The translations under genes were made by a program, and so were the position numbers. A DNA stretch of 64,000 bases from Candidatus Latescibacterota bacterium. GTDB taxonomy: Bacteria > Latescibacterota > UBA2968. The stretch covers positions 3,584,001-3,648,000 of the forward strand of contig OZ244960.1 of assembly GCA_965222605.1 (NCBI GenBank). Direction: 5' to 3'. Shown piece after piece: positions 46,912 through 56,881 of this stretch (positions are counted from its first letter, which is position 1; every line of letters starts with the position of its first letter). The notes under the pieces were generated by a model, which had not been told where the DNA came from, searched no databases, and saw only the letters and a list, made by a program, of their open reading frames with translations.

Positions 46912-48447
46912 TTACTCATCAACTTTTGAATGTACCTCTACCGTAACCCCTCTGGCTTTTAGGGCAGGAATATGCGTATTAAGTGATGTGGCACTCAACG
47001 GGTTATTACCGACATCAACCCCGTCTCCATTGACCAATCCCGGGTTTGCAATCAAAGGCGAAAGATCCGAGATATTGTTGTTATAGAGACGCAGCCCTTT
47101 CAGGCCGGTTAATCCAGATAGTGGTGTAATGTCCAGGATGCTATTGCTGTCAAGCCGCAAGTCTGCCAGATTTTTTAGGCCAAATAGTGGTGTGAGGTCC
47201 GAGATGCGATTGTCGGAAAGATCCACCCCTATCAGGAGGTTTAACTTAGATAGAGGCGTGAGGTTAGAGATGCTGTTGTCGGAAAGACCCAGCCATGTCA
47301 GAATGTATGATCCAGATAGTGGTGTGATGTCCGAGATGCTGTTGTTGCCAAGATGCAACCGTGTCAAGTTGGTCAATTTAGATAGGGTCGTGAGGTCCGA
47401 AATGCGGTTGTTGGAAAGCCTCAGCCATGTCAAGATGTTTAACTCAGATAGTGGTGTAAGGTTCGAGACGGTATTGTTGTCAAGCCGCAAGTCTGACAGG
47501 TTGTTTAGGCCAGATAGTGGTGTGAGGTTCGAGATGCTGTTGTTGCTAAGATCCAGTTCTCCCAGGTCGTTTAACCCAGACAGTAGTGTAATGTCCGAGA
47601 TGCTGTTATTGTAAAGAGACAGTACTCTCAGATTGGTCAATCCAGATAATGGTGCGATGTTCGAGATGCGGTTGTTACTAAGATGCAGGTTTGTCAGGTT
47701 GTTTAGGCCAGATAGTGGTATGAGGTTCGAGATGCTGTTGTTGTCAAGATATAGCCGTATCAGATTTTTTAGGCCAGATAGTGGTGTAATGTCTGAGATA
47801 CTGTTGTTATCAAGCCGCAGGTCTGCCAGATTTTTTAGGCCAGATAGTGGCGTGAGGTTCGAGATTTTATTGTTGTAAAGACGCAGCCCTTTCAGACTGT
47901 TCAATCCAGATAGCGGTGTGAGGTTCGAGATGCTGTTGTTGTCAAGAGACAATACTCTTAAGTTGTTCAATCCAGATAGCGGTGTGAGGTTCGAGATGCT
48001 GTTGTTGTCAAGAGACAATACTCTTAAGTTGTTCAATCCAGATAGCGGTGTAATGTCTGAGATGGTGTTGTTGTCAAGCTGCAGCCGTGTCAGGTTGTTC
48101 AATCCAGATAGTGGTGTAATGTCCGAGATGTTGTTACTGCTGAGAGACAGTTTTTTTAGACGGGTTGCATACTCCAGCCCGGTCAAATCGCTGATATTCG
48201 CATTTGATACCTCAAGCGCATTTGATGCCTCAAGGCCAATTAAGGTTGACATTTCTGTCTGCGTGATTATCGCGTCTGGAGTATGGCTCTTTGCATTTAT
48301 CATTTCCAGAATCACCGCTCGCAGGTTGACATCCGGGATATGCACCTCACCATCTTCTGCCTTGGCAAAAACATGTGTAGAAGGCAGAACATGAACCATC
48401 AACGCGAGCGCGATGAGAATAAAAATTGTTGAGATGCGATTCTGCAT
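46912..48447 (-). CDS. Secreted internalin-like leucine-rich-repeat protein
   Basis: Signal peptide, cap IPDVNLRAVI, about 17 repeats of 22 aa (L..L.L.NN.ISD/NLTPLSGL.N), C-cap NNPLS...HIPALKARGV. Confidence 0.9.
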   Translation of the reverse strand: MQNRISTIFILIALALMVHVLPSTHVFAKAEDGEVHIPDVNLRAVILEMINAKSHTPDAIITQTEMSTLIGLEASNALEVSNANISDLTGLEYATRLKKLSLSSNNISDITPLSGLNNLTRLQLDNNTISDITPLSGLNNLRVLSLDNNSISNLTPLSGLNNLRVLSLDNNSISNLTPLSGLNSLKGLRLYNNKISNLTPLSGLKNLADLRLDNNSISDITPLSGLKNLIRLYLDNNSISNLIPLSGLNNLTNLHLSNNRISNIAPLSGLTNLRVLSLYNNSISDITLLSGLNDLGELDLSNNSISNLTPLSGLNNLSDLRLDNNTVSNLTPLSELNILTWLRLSNNRISDLTTLSKLTNLTRLHLGNNSISDITPLSGSYILTWLGLSDNSISNLTPLSKLNLLIGVDLSDNRISDLTPLFGLKNLADLRLDSNSILDITPLSGLTGLKGLRLYNNNISDLSPLIANPGLVNGDGVDVGNNPLSATSLNTHIPALKARGVTVEVHSKVDE

Positions 48448-48642
48448 AATATTTCCCTCCCCCCATTTTTGCCACTTAAACATTGAAATCTCCTTTGAAC
48501 ATGTATAAATCTAAATTTCCTTTTTCAAACTTGATATTCCAGTTAGGCCATTTTATAGACGCACAATACGAGTTGTCGTTCCAATTTTTGGGATTTGAGA
48601 AATCACTATCTGTGCCAAAGCAGAAATGAAGGACTTTTTGTA

Positions 48643-51150
48643 TCAGTCCTCTCGAAGGGCTTCGATTGGACTGTCAGAGGCGACCTTTAGCGCGTGTACG
48701 AAGCCGCATACGAGCGGAAGCAGGATGCCCAATAAGATCGCCGTCAAAATCGTCCCAACACCAAATTGAAAGCGGTAGGCAAATATTGAGAGCCACTCGT
48801 CCATAAAGAAATAGGAGAGTGGAAGTGCGATGACGGCGGCTATAAACCCAGGCACTGCATAGTTCAGCACAATCCCACTAGCTATTTTGGATGGCGCAGC
48901 ACCCATGACCCTTCGGATGGCAATTTCTTTTCTTCTGCGCGCCACTGCCAGGGAGATCATGCCCAGGGCACCCATTGACGCGATGAGGACAGCACACAGG
49001 GCAGCGCCAGAGACGATTTTGCTCCAACTGATTTCTTTAGCGTAAAATTTTTGTCTTTCATCTTCTACATAAGAAAATGTCAGCAACCCGCCAATTTTCA
49101 GGTCTTTCCAGAGTTCCGTGAGATACGCGCTAAATGCTTCTGCACTGCCTTCTCGGACGCGGATTAATATTTCTCCAGTGATGTGTGACCACTTGGATGG
49201 CTCATTAGCGATAGTGATCATGGTCGGCGAGACGGTGTGGCGCAAGCTTTGGAAGCGAAAATCTTTGACTACACCGACGATGCGGCCACTTACACCACTT
49301 CCGAACACTCGTGACTTTGACCGCTCATCCGCTGGCTCGATCACCTGTCCGATAGGCCGTGACGACATCAGGTGCTTTTGAAAGGATTCATTCACGATCA
49401 CATCACCGTTACTGGGGTTGGGGTACAATGGTTTTCCATGTAAAAGCTTCAAACCAACAGTTTTGAGAAAGGGACCATCCACCTGAAAGTAGTTCACGTC
49501 ATCTATCACGCGACCGCTGCTGTCTTTCAGCTTGATTGAATTTGACGATCCGAGTTCTTGATGCGTCCGCATGCAGGATGTTACGAGGGGGTGGGCGGAT
49601 ATAGAGTGTTGCAGGCGATCAATCTCATTTTCGTTCAACCCTAAAGTTTTTAGCCTGACCAAATTCGTCGGTTCAAAGCCCGGATCCGTCGCAATCATGA
49701 AATAGGTCTGTTCAAAAATAATGATTGTGCAAAACACAAATATCAATGTCACACCCGACTGGATAGCCATCAATACCCTCAAAAAAGGTCCAGACCTGAC
49801 GGCTTTTGCTGTTTTGCTCAAAACGCTGACGGCAGAAACAGACGACATAAAGGCTGCCGGATAAAGGGCTGTGCCCAGGCCTATCAGACAAGCCAGTGTT
49901 AGGAGAATGATCGCGGTCTGAATGGGGTCCGTTGAGGACAAGAGGGGTGTTTGCAAAATGCCTTCGAGGGGACTTGAGGCCAACTCTGCGACTGCCATGC
50001 CTATGATGCAAGCCAAAATGCTGTATCCAAAGCATTCGACCAATAACTGGTACCTGAGATGCCAGCGGTTCGCGCCAAAGATTTGTCTTATGCTCAGTTC
50101 TTTGGTACGCGAGTTGAACCGCCCCACATAGAGCAATACATAATTCAAACAAGCCACAGATAGAATCAGGACACTGATACCGCCGAGAATATATCCATAC
50201 AAGGGATTGGTGATTCGACGCACGCCAAAACTGTTGGTGATTCGACGCACGCCAAAACTGAATGCCGGTCCAGTATAATGGTGCAAGTCTGTGATGGGTT
50301 GCAATTTAGCCTGAAAGGTCTCTATAATCCATAGCGAACCGAAGCCGGATTGTTTCTGCATGAACGCCGTGAGCTTTCTTTCCACTTCTTCCACATCCGC
50401 TTCGTCTGCCAACCTTATGTAATGATTGGAACTAAATTGCCAGTCCCATTCTCTTTCTTTTTTCTCGAGAAAGGTTGCAGACATACTGAATGGCAAAAGA
50501 ATCTCAAAATCCAGGCTCGAATTGAGGGGAGGGGTTTCCACAATACCCCCTATTTCAACAGGGGTTACTATCGTTTTCTCCTTTTTAAAAAATCTATGAG
50601 GGGAACGCCGCAGCCATAACACTTTGCCCACCAAACTGTCAATATCGCTGGAAAGTGTTTGAGCGAATCTGCGTGTGATCACAACTTGCTCTGGTCGCGA
50701 GAAGAACGTACCGCGAATAAGCGAAAAGGAAAATATTTCCTCAAAACTTCTATCTACAAACAGGAGATTTTGGATAGGGCTCAGAAACTCTTTGTGAATG
50801 CCTGCATCCCAAGTCTCTAAAACGACACCCATTATACGGGTCGTGGTCTTGATCTCAGGAACCTCAGCAGACATCTTTGATGATAGTGCAACTGGAAAAA
50901 GGCCGGTTTCAGTCCATGTCCCTGCCTTAGGAGACCCTCTTATTGTTTCATTGTATTTTATTTTTCCGACAACGTGATATATGCGATGATGGTCTTGATG
51001 GAACCTATCAAAGCTCCAATCGTAAAGAAGGTAAAGCACGCAAAGATAACAGCACGCAATCCCTATCCCCAAACCCAGCAGGTTAATGGCTGCATAAGTT
51101 CTATACTTGATTATATTGCGAAACCATGTTCGGAAATAATTGGTAATCAT
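48643..51150 (-). CDS. MacB/FtsX-type ABC transporter permease (duplicated)
   Basis: INLLGLGIGIA, LQPITDLH, NY...RTKELSIRQIFGA, GVVKDFRFQSL and RRKEIAIRRVMGA. Confidence 0.88.
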   Translation of the reverse strand: MITNYFRTWFRNIIKYRTYAAINLLGLGIGIACCYLCVLYLLYDWSFDRFHQDHHRIYHVVGKIKYNETIRGSPKAGTWTETGLFPVALSSKMSAEVPEIKTTTRIMGVVLETWDAGIHKEFLSPIQNLLFVDRSFEEIFSFSLIRGTFFSRPEQVVITRRFAQTLSSDIDSLVGKVLWLRRSPHRFFKKEKTIVTPVEIGGIVETPPLNSSLDFEILLPFSMSATFLEKKEREWDWQFSSNHYIRLADEADVEEVERKLTAFMQKQSGFGSLWIIETFQAKLQPITDLHHYTGPAFSFGVRRITNSFGVRRITNPLYGYILGGISVLILSVACLNYVLLYVGRFNSRTKELSIRQIFGANRWHLRYQLLVECFGYSILACIIGMAVAELASSPLEGILQTPLLSSTDPIQTAIILLTLACLIGLGTALYPAAFMSSVSAVSVLSKTAKAVRSGPFLRVLMAIQSGVTLIFVFCTIIIFEQTYFMIATDPGFEPTNLVRLKTLGLNENEIDRLQHSISAHPLVTSCMRTHQELGSSNSIKLKDSSGRVIDDVNYFQVDGPFLKTVGLKLLHGKPLYPNPSNGDVIVNESFQKHLMSSRPIGQVIEPADERSKSRVFGSGVSGRIVGVVKDFRFQSLRHTVSPTMITIANEPSKWSHITGEILIRVREGSAEAFSAYLTELWKDLKIGGLLTFSYVEDERQKFYAKEISWSKIVSGAALCAVLIASMGALGMISLAVARRRKEIAIRRVMGAAPSKIASGIVLNYAVPGFIAAVIALPLSYFFMDEWLSIFAYRFQFGVGTILTAILLGILLPLVCGFVHALKVASDSPIEALRED

Positions 51151-51204
51151 CGGTTATCCTCTGCAATGATTCATGGAGTAGAGTGAATTTATGGGAAATA
51201 GGTA

Positions 51205-51220
51205 CGCAATTTCTGTGCCA
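51205..51220 (-). promoter_or_regulatory. Sigma54 (-24/-12) promoter of the permease gene
   Basis: Minus strand TGGCACAGAAATTGCG (GG-N10-GC), about 55 nt upstream of ATG 51150. Confidence 0.72.
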
Positions 51221-51284
51221 AAATATTCTTTTCTATGTTTTACAAGTAGTTATGAAAATTCGTGCCCTGAACGCATTGTAATAA

Positions 51285-51323
51285 GTGTCCGGTTTTGATA
51301 CAGTGGTGTCCGAAAATGAACAC
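51285..51323. promoter_or_regulatory. Tandem putative enhancer-binding-protein sites
   Basis: GTGTCCGGTTTTGATACA and GTGTCCGAAAATGAACAC imperfect palindromes 65-100 bp upstream of the sigma54 site. Confidence 0.5.
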
Positions 51324-51539
51324 TAAATATAAAAAACAGGCACATTGTTTTGACTTCAATGTGCCTGTTGAATTTGTGTCTGATGTTACGCAGTAATCCA
51401 GATAAGGCATCACAAAACGCACCATCGCAAAACGCCATCAATCAAAGCCATTATGCACAGCGCGTGAGTCCGTTTCGCAGCGGACATCTTAATGGCATCC
51501 CAACTTTGAAGGCCACTTTGGGTGGTATTTCCATAGAAG

Positions 51540-51632
51540 CGATTTGCGCTGTGCCAGCCCCTCGGCGTTTGAGAGCGGCATTTTTTGCCTACTTTTTTTT
51601 GCTGATGAAAAAAAGTAGGTCGCCGAAGGCAG
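51540..51632. repeat. Palindromic intergenic element (MITE/REP-like)
   Basis: TTTTTTGCCTACTTTTTTTTGCTGATGAAAAAAAGTAGGTCGCCGAAGGC hairpin, resembling a widespread intergenic repeat type; boundaries uncertain. Confidence 0.45.
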
Positions 51633-51723
51633 AACAAAGATAAAAAAGGTGGAATTATCACCAACACTATCGACATGCAACGCAATATTATTCCCAGTTT
51701 TTTCCCCAGCGTGCGTAAGCCCT

Positions 51724-52833
51724 CTAATTCAATTGCGCAATGAGATCAGACGGCACGGATGCGACGTGGATTTGGGGATGGCCCGAGCGGTCGGAGTTGA
51801 AGACCAACCATTTGAGGTCGGGCGAGAGATAGGGATGCCCGTGTGTGTTTTGCGCGGTGCCCATGGATGTGCGCGCTTCGCATACGACCGCGGTTTTGCC
51901 GGTTTGGATATTGCCGACGATGAGTTCGCTGGCACCCCGCCAGTCGTCGCAGAAGAAGTATTGGCCACACGGGGAGGTACCGACGTGATTGAAGCGATAG
52001 CCCGGCGTGCCGACGCGCTCTGCAGGTTTGTTTGCCGATACTTTGACGAGGTTGCCCTTGTCGGGTGCGTACTCACCTTCCGCGCGGACGGATAGGAGGA
52101 TTTCATTCGCGCCTGCGATCCAGGCTTCGTGCCCGGTGATGCTCGGCGTATGGGGTAAGCCGACCTGAAGGCGCGTGACTTTGCCGTCGGGAATATCGAC
52201 GAGGTATTCGGTGGCACCTTCGTCGCCGACGAGTTTGAGGCGGGTGCCATCGGATTTAAATTCGCAGCCCCGGTTGTGTTGAACCATAATTTGTTTGCCT
52301 TCTGTGGGTTCAAATTGCGTGTGTGGATTGCAGATGTCGGGGTCGGTGTTGATGATTTCTCGCGTTCCCTTTTCGAGATCGACGAGTTCAATGCCAAACA
52401 TTTTGGGGTGATAGCTGATGGTGACGCCATAAGCGTAATAGCGTTCATTGGGCGATAGGGTGCCCAAACCGCGCGTTTGAAGATCTTCGGGAAATTCGTA
52501 GATGACGCGCTGTTTGCCCGTGCGCAGGTTGATGCGCACGAGTTCCTGGCATTTGTTGGGGACAATGCGCCGGTAAAAGAAGATGCCGCCGTGGGTCATG
52601 CCAGGCCCGCCCAGGCCGCGACCGATTACTTCGGTGTTCCAGGTGCCAAATTCGCAGGCGATATATTCGGTGGTATTGGGCGCAGTATCTGAATTTTTCT
52701 GCTCATAGACGAAGACGCGCGAGTCAGCAGAGCAGTAGGGCAGTTCGCAGTAGATATTGGATTTTTCAAGCGCGTCTGTGGTCACCTGTGTGAGTGCCAC
52801 GCCATTGGACAATTCGCCGAGTTCGATAGACAT
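51724..52833 (-). CDS. Oligogalacturonate-lyase-like beta-propeller protein
   Basis: NIYCE.PY, NPHTQF, TGHEAW, HVGTSPCG.YF..D and HGHPYLSPD.KWLVFNSDRSG.PQI. Confidence 0.7.
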   Translation of the reverse strand: MSIELGELSNGVALTQVTTDALEKSNIYCELPYCSADSRVFVYEQKNSDTAPNTTEYIACEFGTWNTEVIGRGLGGPGMTHGGIFFYRRIVPNKCQELVRINLRTGKQRVIYEFPEDLQTRGLGTLSPNERYYAYGVTISYHPKMFGIELVDLEKGTREIINTDPDICNPHTQFEPTEGKQIMVQHNRGCEFKSDGTRLKLVGDEGATEYLVDIPDGKVTRLQVGLPHTPSITGHEAWIAGANEILLSVRAEGEYAPDKGNLVKVSANKPAERVGTPGYRFNHVGTSPCGQYFFCDDWRGASELIVGNIQTGKTAVVCEARTSMGTAQNTHGHPYLSPDLKWLVFNSDRSGHPQIHVASVPSDLIAQLN

Positions 52834-52846
52834 GTTTTTCTCCTTT

Positions 52847-53731
52847 TTACATTAAGAGCCACTGGTGTGATAGATGCCAGTCTTCGATGTGGTTGAGCAC
52901 GACGGCTGAGGATAAGTCGTCACACCCCACGGTTGCGCGAATCTCTGCGCGTTTGCCGTCGTTGTGGATGCGATTGCACAAGTAGTCATTCCATTCGTCA
53001 ACGGCTTGCGCGGGAATTTGACCGCCGCACTGTTCGAGTACCCAGCCTTCAAATTCGAGATAGGAAGGTGTGTTTTTGCGTATGTGGTTTAACGTGGCGT
53101 CGATGTCCAGATTTAATGCGCGCAGCACGCGGGGATCGAGGCCATTATCCGTCATGTCGGGATAGTCGGGGTGTAGCAGTCCTTTTGCGCGGAGGAGGAT
53201 TTTGTACCAGGTGCGGGGCAATTGGCGCACGCCGAGGGGTCCGAAATCAATTGTGGCGACGAGTGGCACGATGCTTCCGCTGAGTTTGGACATGTCGCGC
53301 TTGTAAAATAACTGCCAATCCTGAAGGCTGTTGAGCACGGTTGCAGAATCAATGCCCGCATCCCGCGGCAGGCCCGTGTCTGTGTACGTTTCTTCGAGTT
53401 TTTCCGGGCTTCTGTGCCGCCGTGCGCGGATAAATGCATTCCATCGGACGATGGCGTCTTGTTGTTCAAAGCCCCAGAAGGCATCGCCTTTTTGTTCCAG
53501 TATCCACGCTTCAAAATCGAGGTATGAGGGCATGTTTTCGCGCAGGTAGGCCAAGGTGGTTTCGCGGTCTAAGGCGAGTACTTCGAGAACCCTGCGGTCG
53601 AGGCCATCGCTGAAGTCGGGATATTCGTCGTCTAATATACCCGCGTTGCGGGTGAGGACTTTCCACCATGTGCGGGGCAATTGACACGCGCCGAGCGGGC
53701 CGTATGCGAGGCTGCTGATGAGGGGGACCAT
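52847..53731 (-). CDS. Protein of two tandem homologous domains (DUF5069-like)
   Basis: VPL....GPLG..QLPRTW.K...YPD...GLD.RVL...PSYL.FE.W.LEQ...S..VLN...DW occurs twice. Confidence 0.6.
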   Translation of the reverse strand: MVPLISSLAYGPLGACQLPRTWWKVLTRNAGILDDEYPDFSDGLDRRVLEVLALDRETTLAYLRENMPSYLDFEAWILEQKGDAFWGFEQQDAIVRWNAFIRARRHRSPEKLEETYTDTGLPRDAGIDSATVLNSLQDWQLFYKRDMSKLSGSIVPLVATIDFGPLGVRQLPRTWYKILLRAKGLLHPDYPDMTDNGLDPRVLRALNLDIDATLNHIRKNTPSYLEFEGWVLEQCGGQIPAQAVDEWNDYLCNRIHNDGKRAEIRATVGCDDLSSAVVLNHIEDWHLSHQWLLM

Positions 53732-53764
53732 AGTGTGCTCCTTGTTATTGGTTCGTAAAGGCGA

Positions 53765-53797
53765 TTATCCGCAGATGGACGCAGATAGACACAGATG
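53765..53797 (+). repeat. CGCAGAT-type tandem motif
   Basis: TTATCCGCAGATGGACGCAGATAGACACAGATG; the first 14 nt are identical to 62731-62744. Confidence 0.55.
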
Positions 53798-53901
53798 AAA
53801 ATCGGACAAAAGTGGTTTACCGGTGGTGGCGGGGCGGGGAATCCTGTATATCCTCTAATCACTGGATAGAACCATTCCAGTGCAAGCTCTGAAAATCCTG
53901 A

Positions 53902-54930
53902 TCAGAATTTGGCACTCTGGCGACATAATTCCATGACGCGCATGAGTTCGCGCGATTCTTCTATGCGAATATGGGGGGTGGCGTTGTTGACGATTACGTC
54001 GTAGATGTTGGCGTAGAAGTCGCGCTGTTTGTCCCGGGTGATGGAGATATCTTCTTCCCGCCAGGGCAATCGGTCATAGTTGTCGTAACTGCGTTCGGGG
54101 GCTGCGCCTTCGATGACGTTTAGCGGGGGTGCTTCTGCGGGATCGTAATATCTCACTTTGAATACGTTGTCTTCGCGAATGGCCGTGCCGTATTTCCCAC
54201 AAATATGCCAGAGGGGCATTGTATAGGCAGAGGCCTGATTGATCTGTACGTCTAAGAGTTGTCCAGAGTCTTTTTTTACCCAGGCTTTGACCACGTCGTC
54301 GGCGTCGCCTCGGGTGGCAATTGCCCAGAGTTTGCAATCGACTTCTGTGACTGCCGAGTCGTCCGAGAGATAGATGAGTTGGTCGAGGTAATGCGCGCCG
54401 TAGTTGTTGAGCATGCCGCCGCTGTTTTTTCGCAAGCTCTGCCAGTCGTTTCGGCGCACATAGCGATATACGCCCCGGTGTATGGTGTAGATGGGTCCCA
54501 GCTTGCCGCTTTGAATAATTTCTCGCGCGGTTTGCGTTTCGGGTGTGAGGCGGTGGGGTTGGTAAAGAAAAATGCGGCGGTTGTTCTTTTGGGCCTGGGC
54601 GATCATGCGATCTGCCGAGGCGATGGAGGTGGTCATGGGTTTTTCGAGGATGACGTGACAACCCTCGTCGAGGGCGCGAATGGTCATGTCTTCGTGCAAT
54701 GTGGTCGGTGTGGCAATGACGACCACATCGGGCAATGGGCCGGACCAGAGAGATTCAAAATCGGTATGGGTCTCACAGCCCGCTGCTGCGCGTGCTTCGG
54801 ATAACCGTTCGGGCAGGGGATCGACAACAGCGGTGAGTTCGAATTGGTCGGATGAGAGGGCTTGCTGAAAGTGAAATCGCCAGCCGATGCGCCCCAGTCC
54901 GACGATGGCGATTTTTAAGTTTTGATTCAT
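53902..54930 (-). CDS. Gfo/Idh/MocA oxidoreductase
   Basis: IVGLGRIG, IATPT.LH, ILEKPM and GGMLNNYGAHYLDQ. Confidence 0.9.
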   Translation of the reverse strand: MNQNLKIAIVGLGRIGWRFHFQQALSSDQFELTAVVDPLPERLSEARAAAGCETHTDFESLWSGPLPDVVVIATPTTLHEDMTIRALDEGCHVILEKPMTTSIASADRMIAQAQKNNRRIFLYQPHRLTPETQTAREIIQSGKLGPIYTIHRGVYRYVRRNDWQSLRKNSGGMLNNYGAHYLDQLIYLSDDSAVTEVDCKLWAIATRGDADDVVKAWVKKDSGQLLDVQINQASAYTMPLWHICGKYGTAIREDNVFKVRYYDPAEAPPLNVIEGAAPERSYDNYDRLPWREEDISITRDKQRDFYANIYDVIVNNATPHIRIEESRELMRVMELCRQSAKF

Positions 54931-55039
54931 TGACGTATCTCCATTCTCTGTCTATATTCTCCAAATTATGACGCAGGCGATTGAAGGTAAAATAACCATG
55001 TAGATCGCCAAATGTCCACTACATTTCCCGGTGGTTTTG

Positions 55040-56749
55040 ATGGATAATAAAGATATTGCCGCGGCATTGGAAGAGATGACCACGCTGATGGAGCTGAATG
55101 GCGAAAATGCGTTTCGCATTCGGTCTTATGTCAATGCAGCGCGGCAGATTGATCTGTTGCAGGAGCCAGCTTCGGATTTGAGCGCACGCGGCGAGTTGGA
55201 ATCTGTGCGTGGCATTGGCGCGAAGATGGCGCAAAATATTGCAATACTTATTGAGACAGGACAGTTGCCGGGCATGGGCGATTTGCGTTCCGCGCTGCCC
55301 GAAGGGTTGTTGGAGATGATTGAAGTGCCCGGTTTGGGCGCGAAACGGGTGCGGTCTATTTACGAGCAATTGGGTATTGCCGATGTGGATGCGCTTGCAA
55401 AAGCATGCGAGGCGGGTGAGATTGAAAAATTGCGTGGGTTCGGGAAGAAGACCGCTGAGAGTATCTTGCGAGGGGTGTCTTATTTGCAGCAACACCGCGG
55501 GCGATTTTTGAGTCGCACGGCGCGAGATGAAGCAGAGGCTTTGCACGCTTATTTGTCGGATCAATTCGGGGTGGTTCGCCTGGCGGTGGCGGGTAGTGTG
55601 AGGCGATGTATGGAAACGAGTAAGGATGTGGATATTGTCGCGAGCGCGAAAGATGGGGGTGCGCTTGCAGAGGCTTTTGTGGCGTATCCCGGTGTGAAAG
55701 AGGTTACGGGGCGCGGCGAGACAAAGGTGAGTGTTGTGTTGGATTCGGGTATGCGCGCGGATTTGAGGATTGTGGCGGATGTGGCGTATCCCTACGCATT
55801 GCACCATTTTACAGGGAGCAAAGAACACAATACTGCTATGCGACAGCGGGCAAAAGACCGGGGTATGAAGCTCAATGAGTACGGTTTGTTCAAGGGGGAT
55901 GAAAACGCGGTTTGTGCCGATGAGAAAGCGTTATTTGGCGCGTTGGGTTTGCATTATATTCCGCCGGAGTTGCGCGAAGGACGGGATGAGTTCGAACGCG
56001 CAGAACAAGCGCCGTTGCCGGAGTTGGTCACACAGGCCGATTTGAAGGGTACGCTTCATGTACACACGACGTATAGCGATGGGCGGCATAGTGTGGAGGA
56101 CATGGCACGAGCGGCAAAGGCGTTGGGTTATACGTATATCGGTATTTGCGATCACAGCAAGGCCGCGGCTTATGCCAATGGGCTGAATGAAGATCGCGTG
56201 CGGTTGCAGTGGGATGAGATCGATCAGGTCAATGATTCGATAGAAGGTATCCGGGTGTTGAAGGGTATTGAGGTGGATATTTTGAGCGATGGGAGATTGG
56301 ATTTTGACGATGAATTTCTATCTGAGTTTGATCTGGTGGTTGCGTCTGTGCATTCGAAGTTTTCAATGACTGAAAAGGAGGCTACTGATCGGTTGATTCG
56401 CGCGGTTCAGAATCCCCATGTCGATATTTTGGGGCATCCATCAGGCCGTTTGTTATTGTCTCGTGAGGGTTATCCGCTCAATATGAAGGCTGTGATTGAC
56501 GCTGCGGCTGATGCGCGTACGGCGATTGAGATCAATGCCAATCCCGCGCGTTTAGAGTTGGATTGGCGGTTTTTATCTTATGCGAGTGAGAAGGGCGTGC
56601 AAATCCCGATTAATACAGATGCCCATAGTACCGAGGGATTAAAAGATATGTGCTTTGGGTTGGGGATTGCCAGAAAGGGTGGACTGACTGCTGATGGTGT
56701 GCTCAACGCTCTTTCGGCAGAAGATTTTTTGGCTGCGCTTCGGGGATAG
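55040..56749 (+). CDS. polX: DNA polymerase X with PHP domain
   Basis: GENAFRIRSY, AGSVRR..ET.KDVD, RADLR, HFTGSKEHN, LNEYGL, IPPELRE, LHVHTTYSDG, CDHS and NTDAH. Confidence 0.93.
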   Translation: MDNKDIAAALEEMTTLMELNGENAFRIRSYVNAARQIDLLQEPASDLSARGELESVRGIGAKMAQNIAILIETGQLPGMGDLRSALPEGLLEMIEVPGLGAKRVRSIYEQLGIADVDALAKACEAGEIEKLRGFGKKTAESILRGVSYLQQHRGRFLSRTARDEAEALHAYLSDQFGVVRLAVAGSVRRCMETSKDVDIVASAKDGGALAEAFVAYPGVKEVTGRGETKVSVVLDSGMRADLRIVADVAYPYALHHFTGSKEHNTAMRQRAKDRGMKLNEYGLFKGDENAVCADEKALFGALGLHYIPPELREGRDEFERAEQAPLPELVTQADLKGTLHVHTTYSDGRHSVEDMARAAKALGYTYIGICDHSKAAAYANGLNEDRVRLQWDEIDQVNDSIEGIRVLKGIEVDILSDGRLDFDDEFLSEFDLVVASVHSKFSMTEKEATDRLIRAVQNPHVDILGHPSGRLLLSREGYPLNMKAVIDAAADARTAIEINANPARLELDWRFLSYASEKGVQIPINTDAHSTEGLKDMCFGLGIARKGGLTADGVLNALSAEDFLAALRG

Positions 56750-56776
56750 AACGTCTTATTTTTTGTTTTGCAAGAC

Positions 56777-56805
56777 TTGACATTATTTTGACGCTGACAT
56801 ATAAT
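56777..56805 (+). promoter_or_regulatory. Perfect-consensus sigma70 promoter
   Basis: TTGACA-N17-TATAAT, 76 nt upstream of the DksA-like ATG. Confidence 0.82.
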
Positions 56806-56881
56806 TGCGGACAAATTTTATGGGGGTAGAAGCACTCCTCCCTGCGTATTGACAAATAAAATAAAAGAGGGCGAATAGGCA

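Noticed and set aside
48603-48617. Second sigma54-like site (TGGCACAGATAGTGA) upstream of the LRR gene
   Set aside because: The -12 element lacks the invariant GC; too weak to call.
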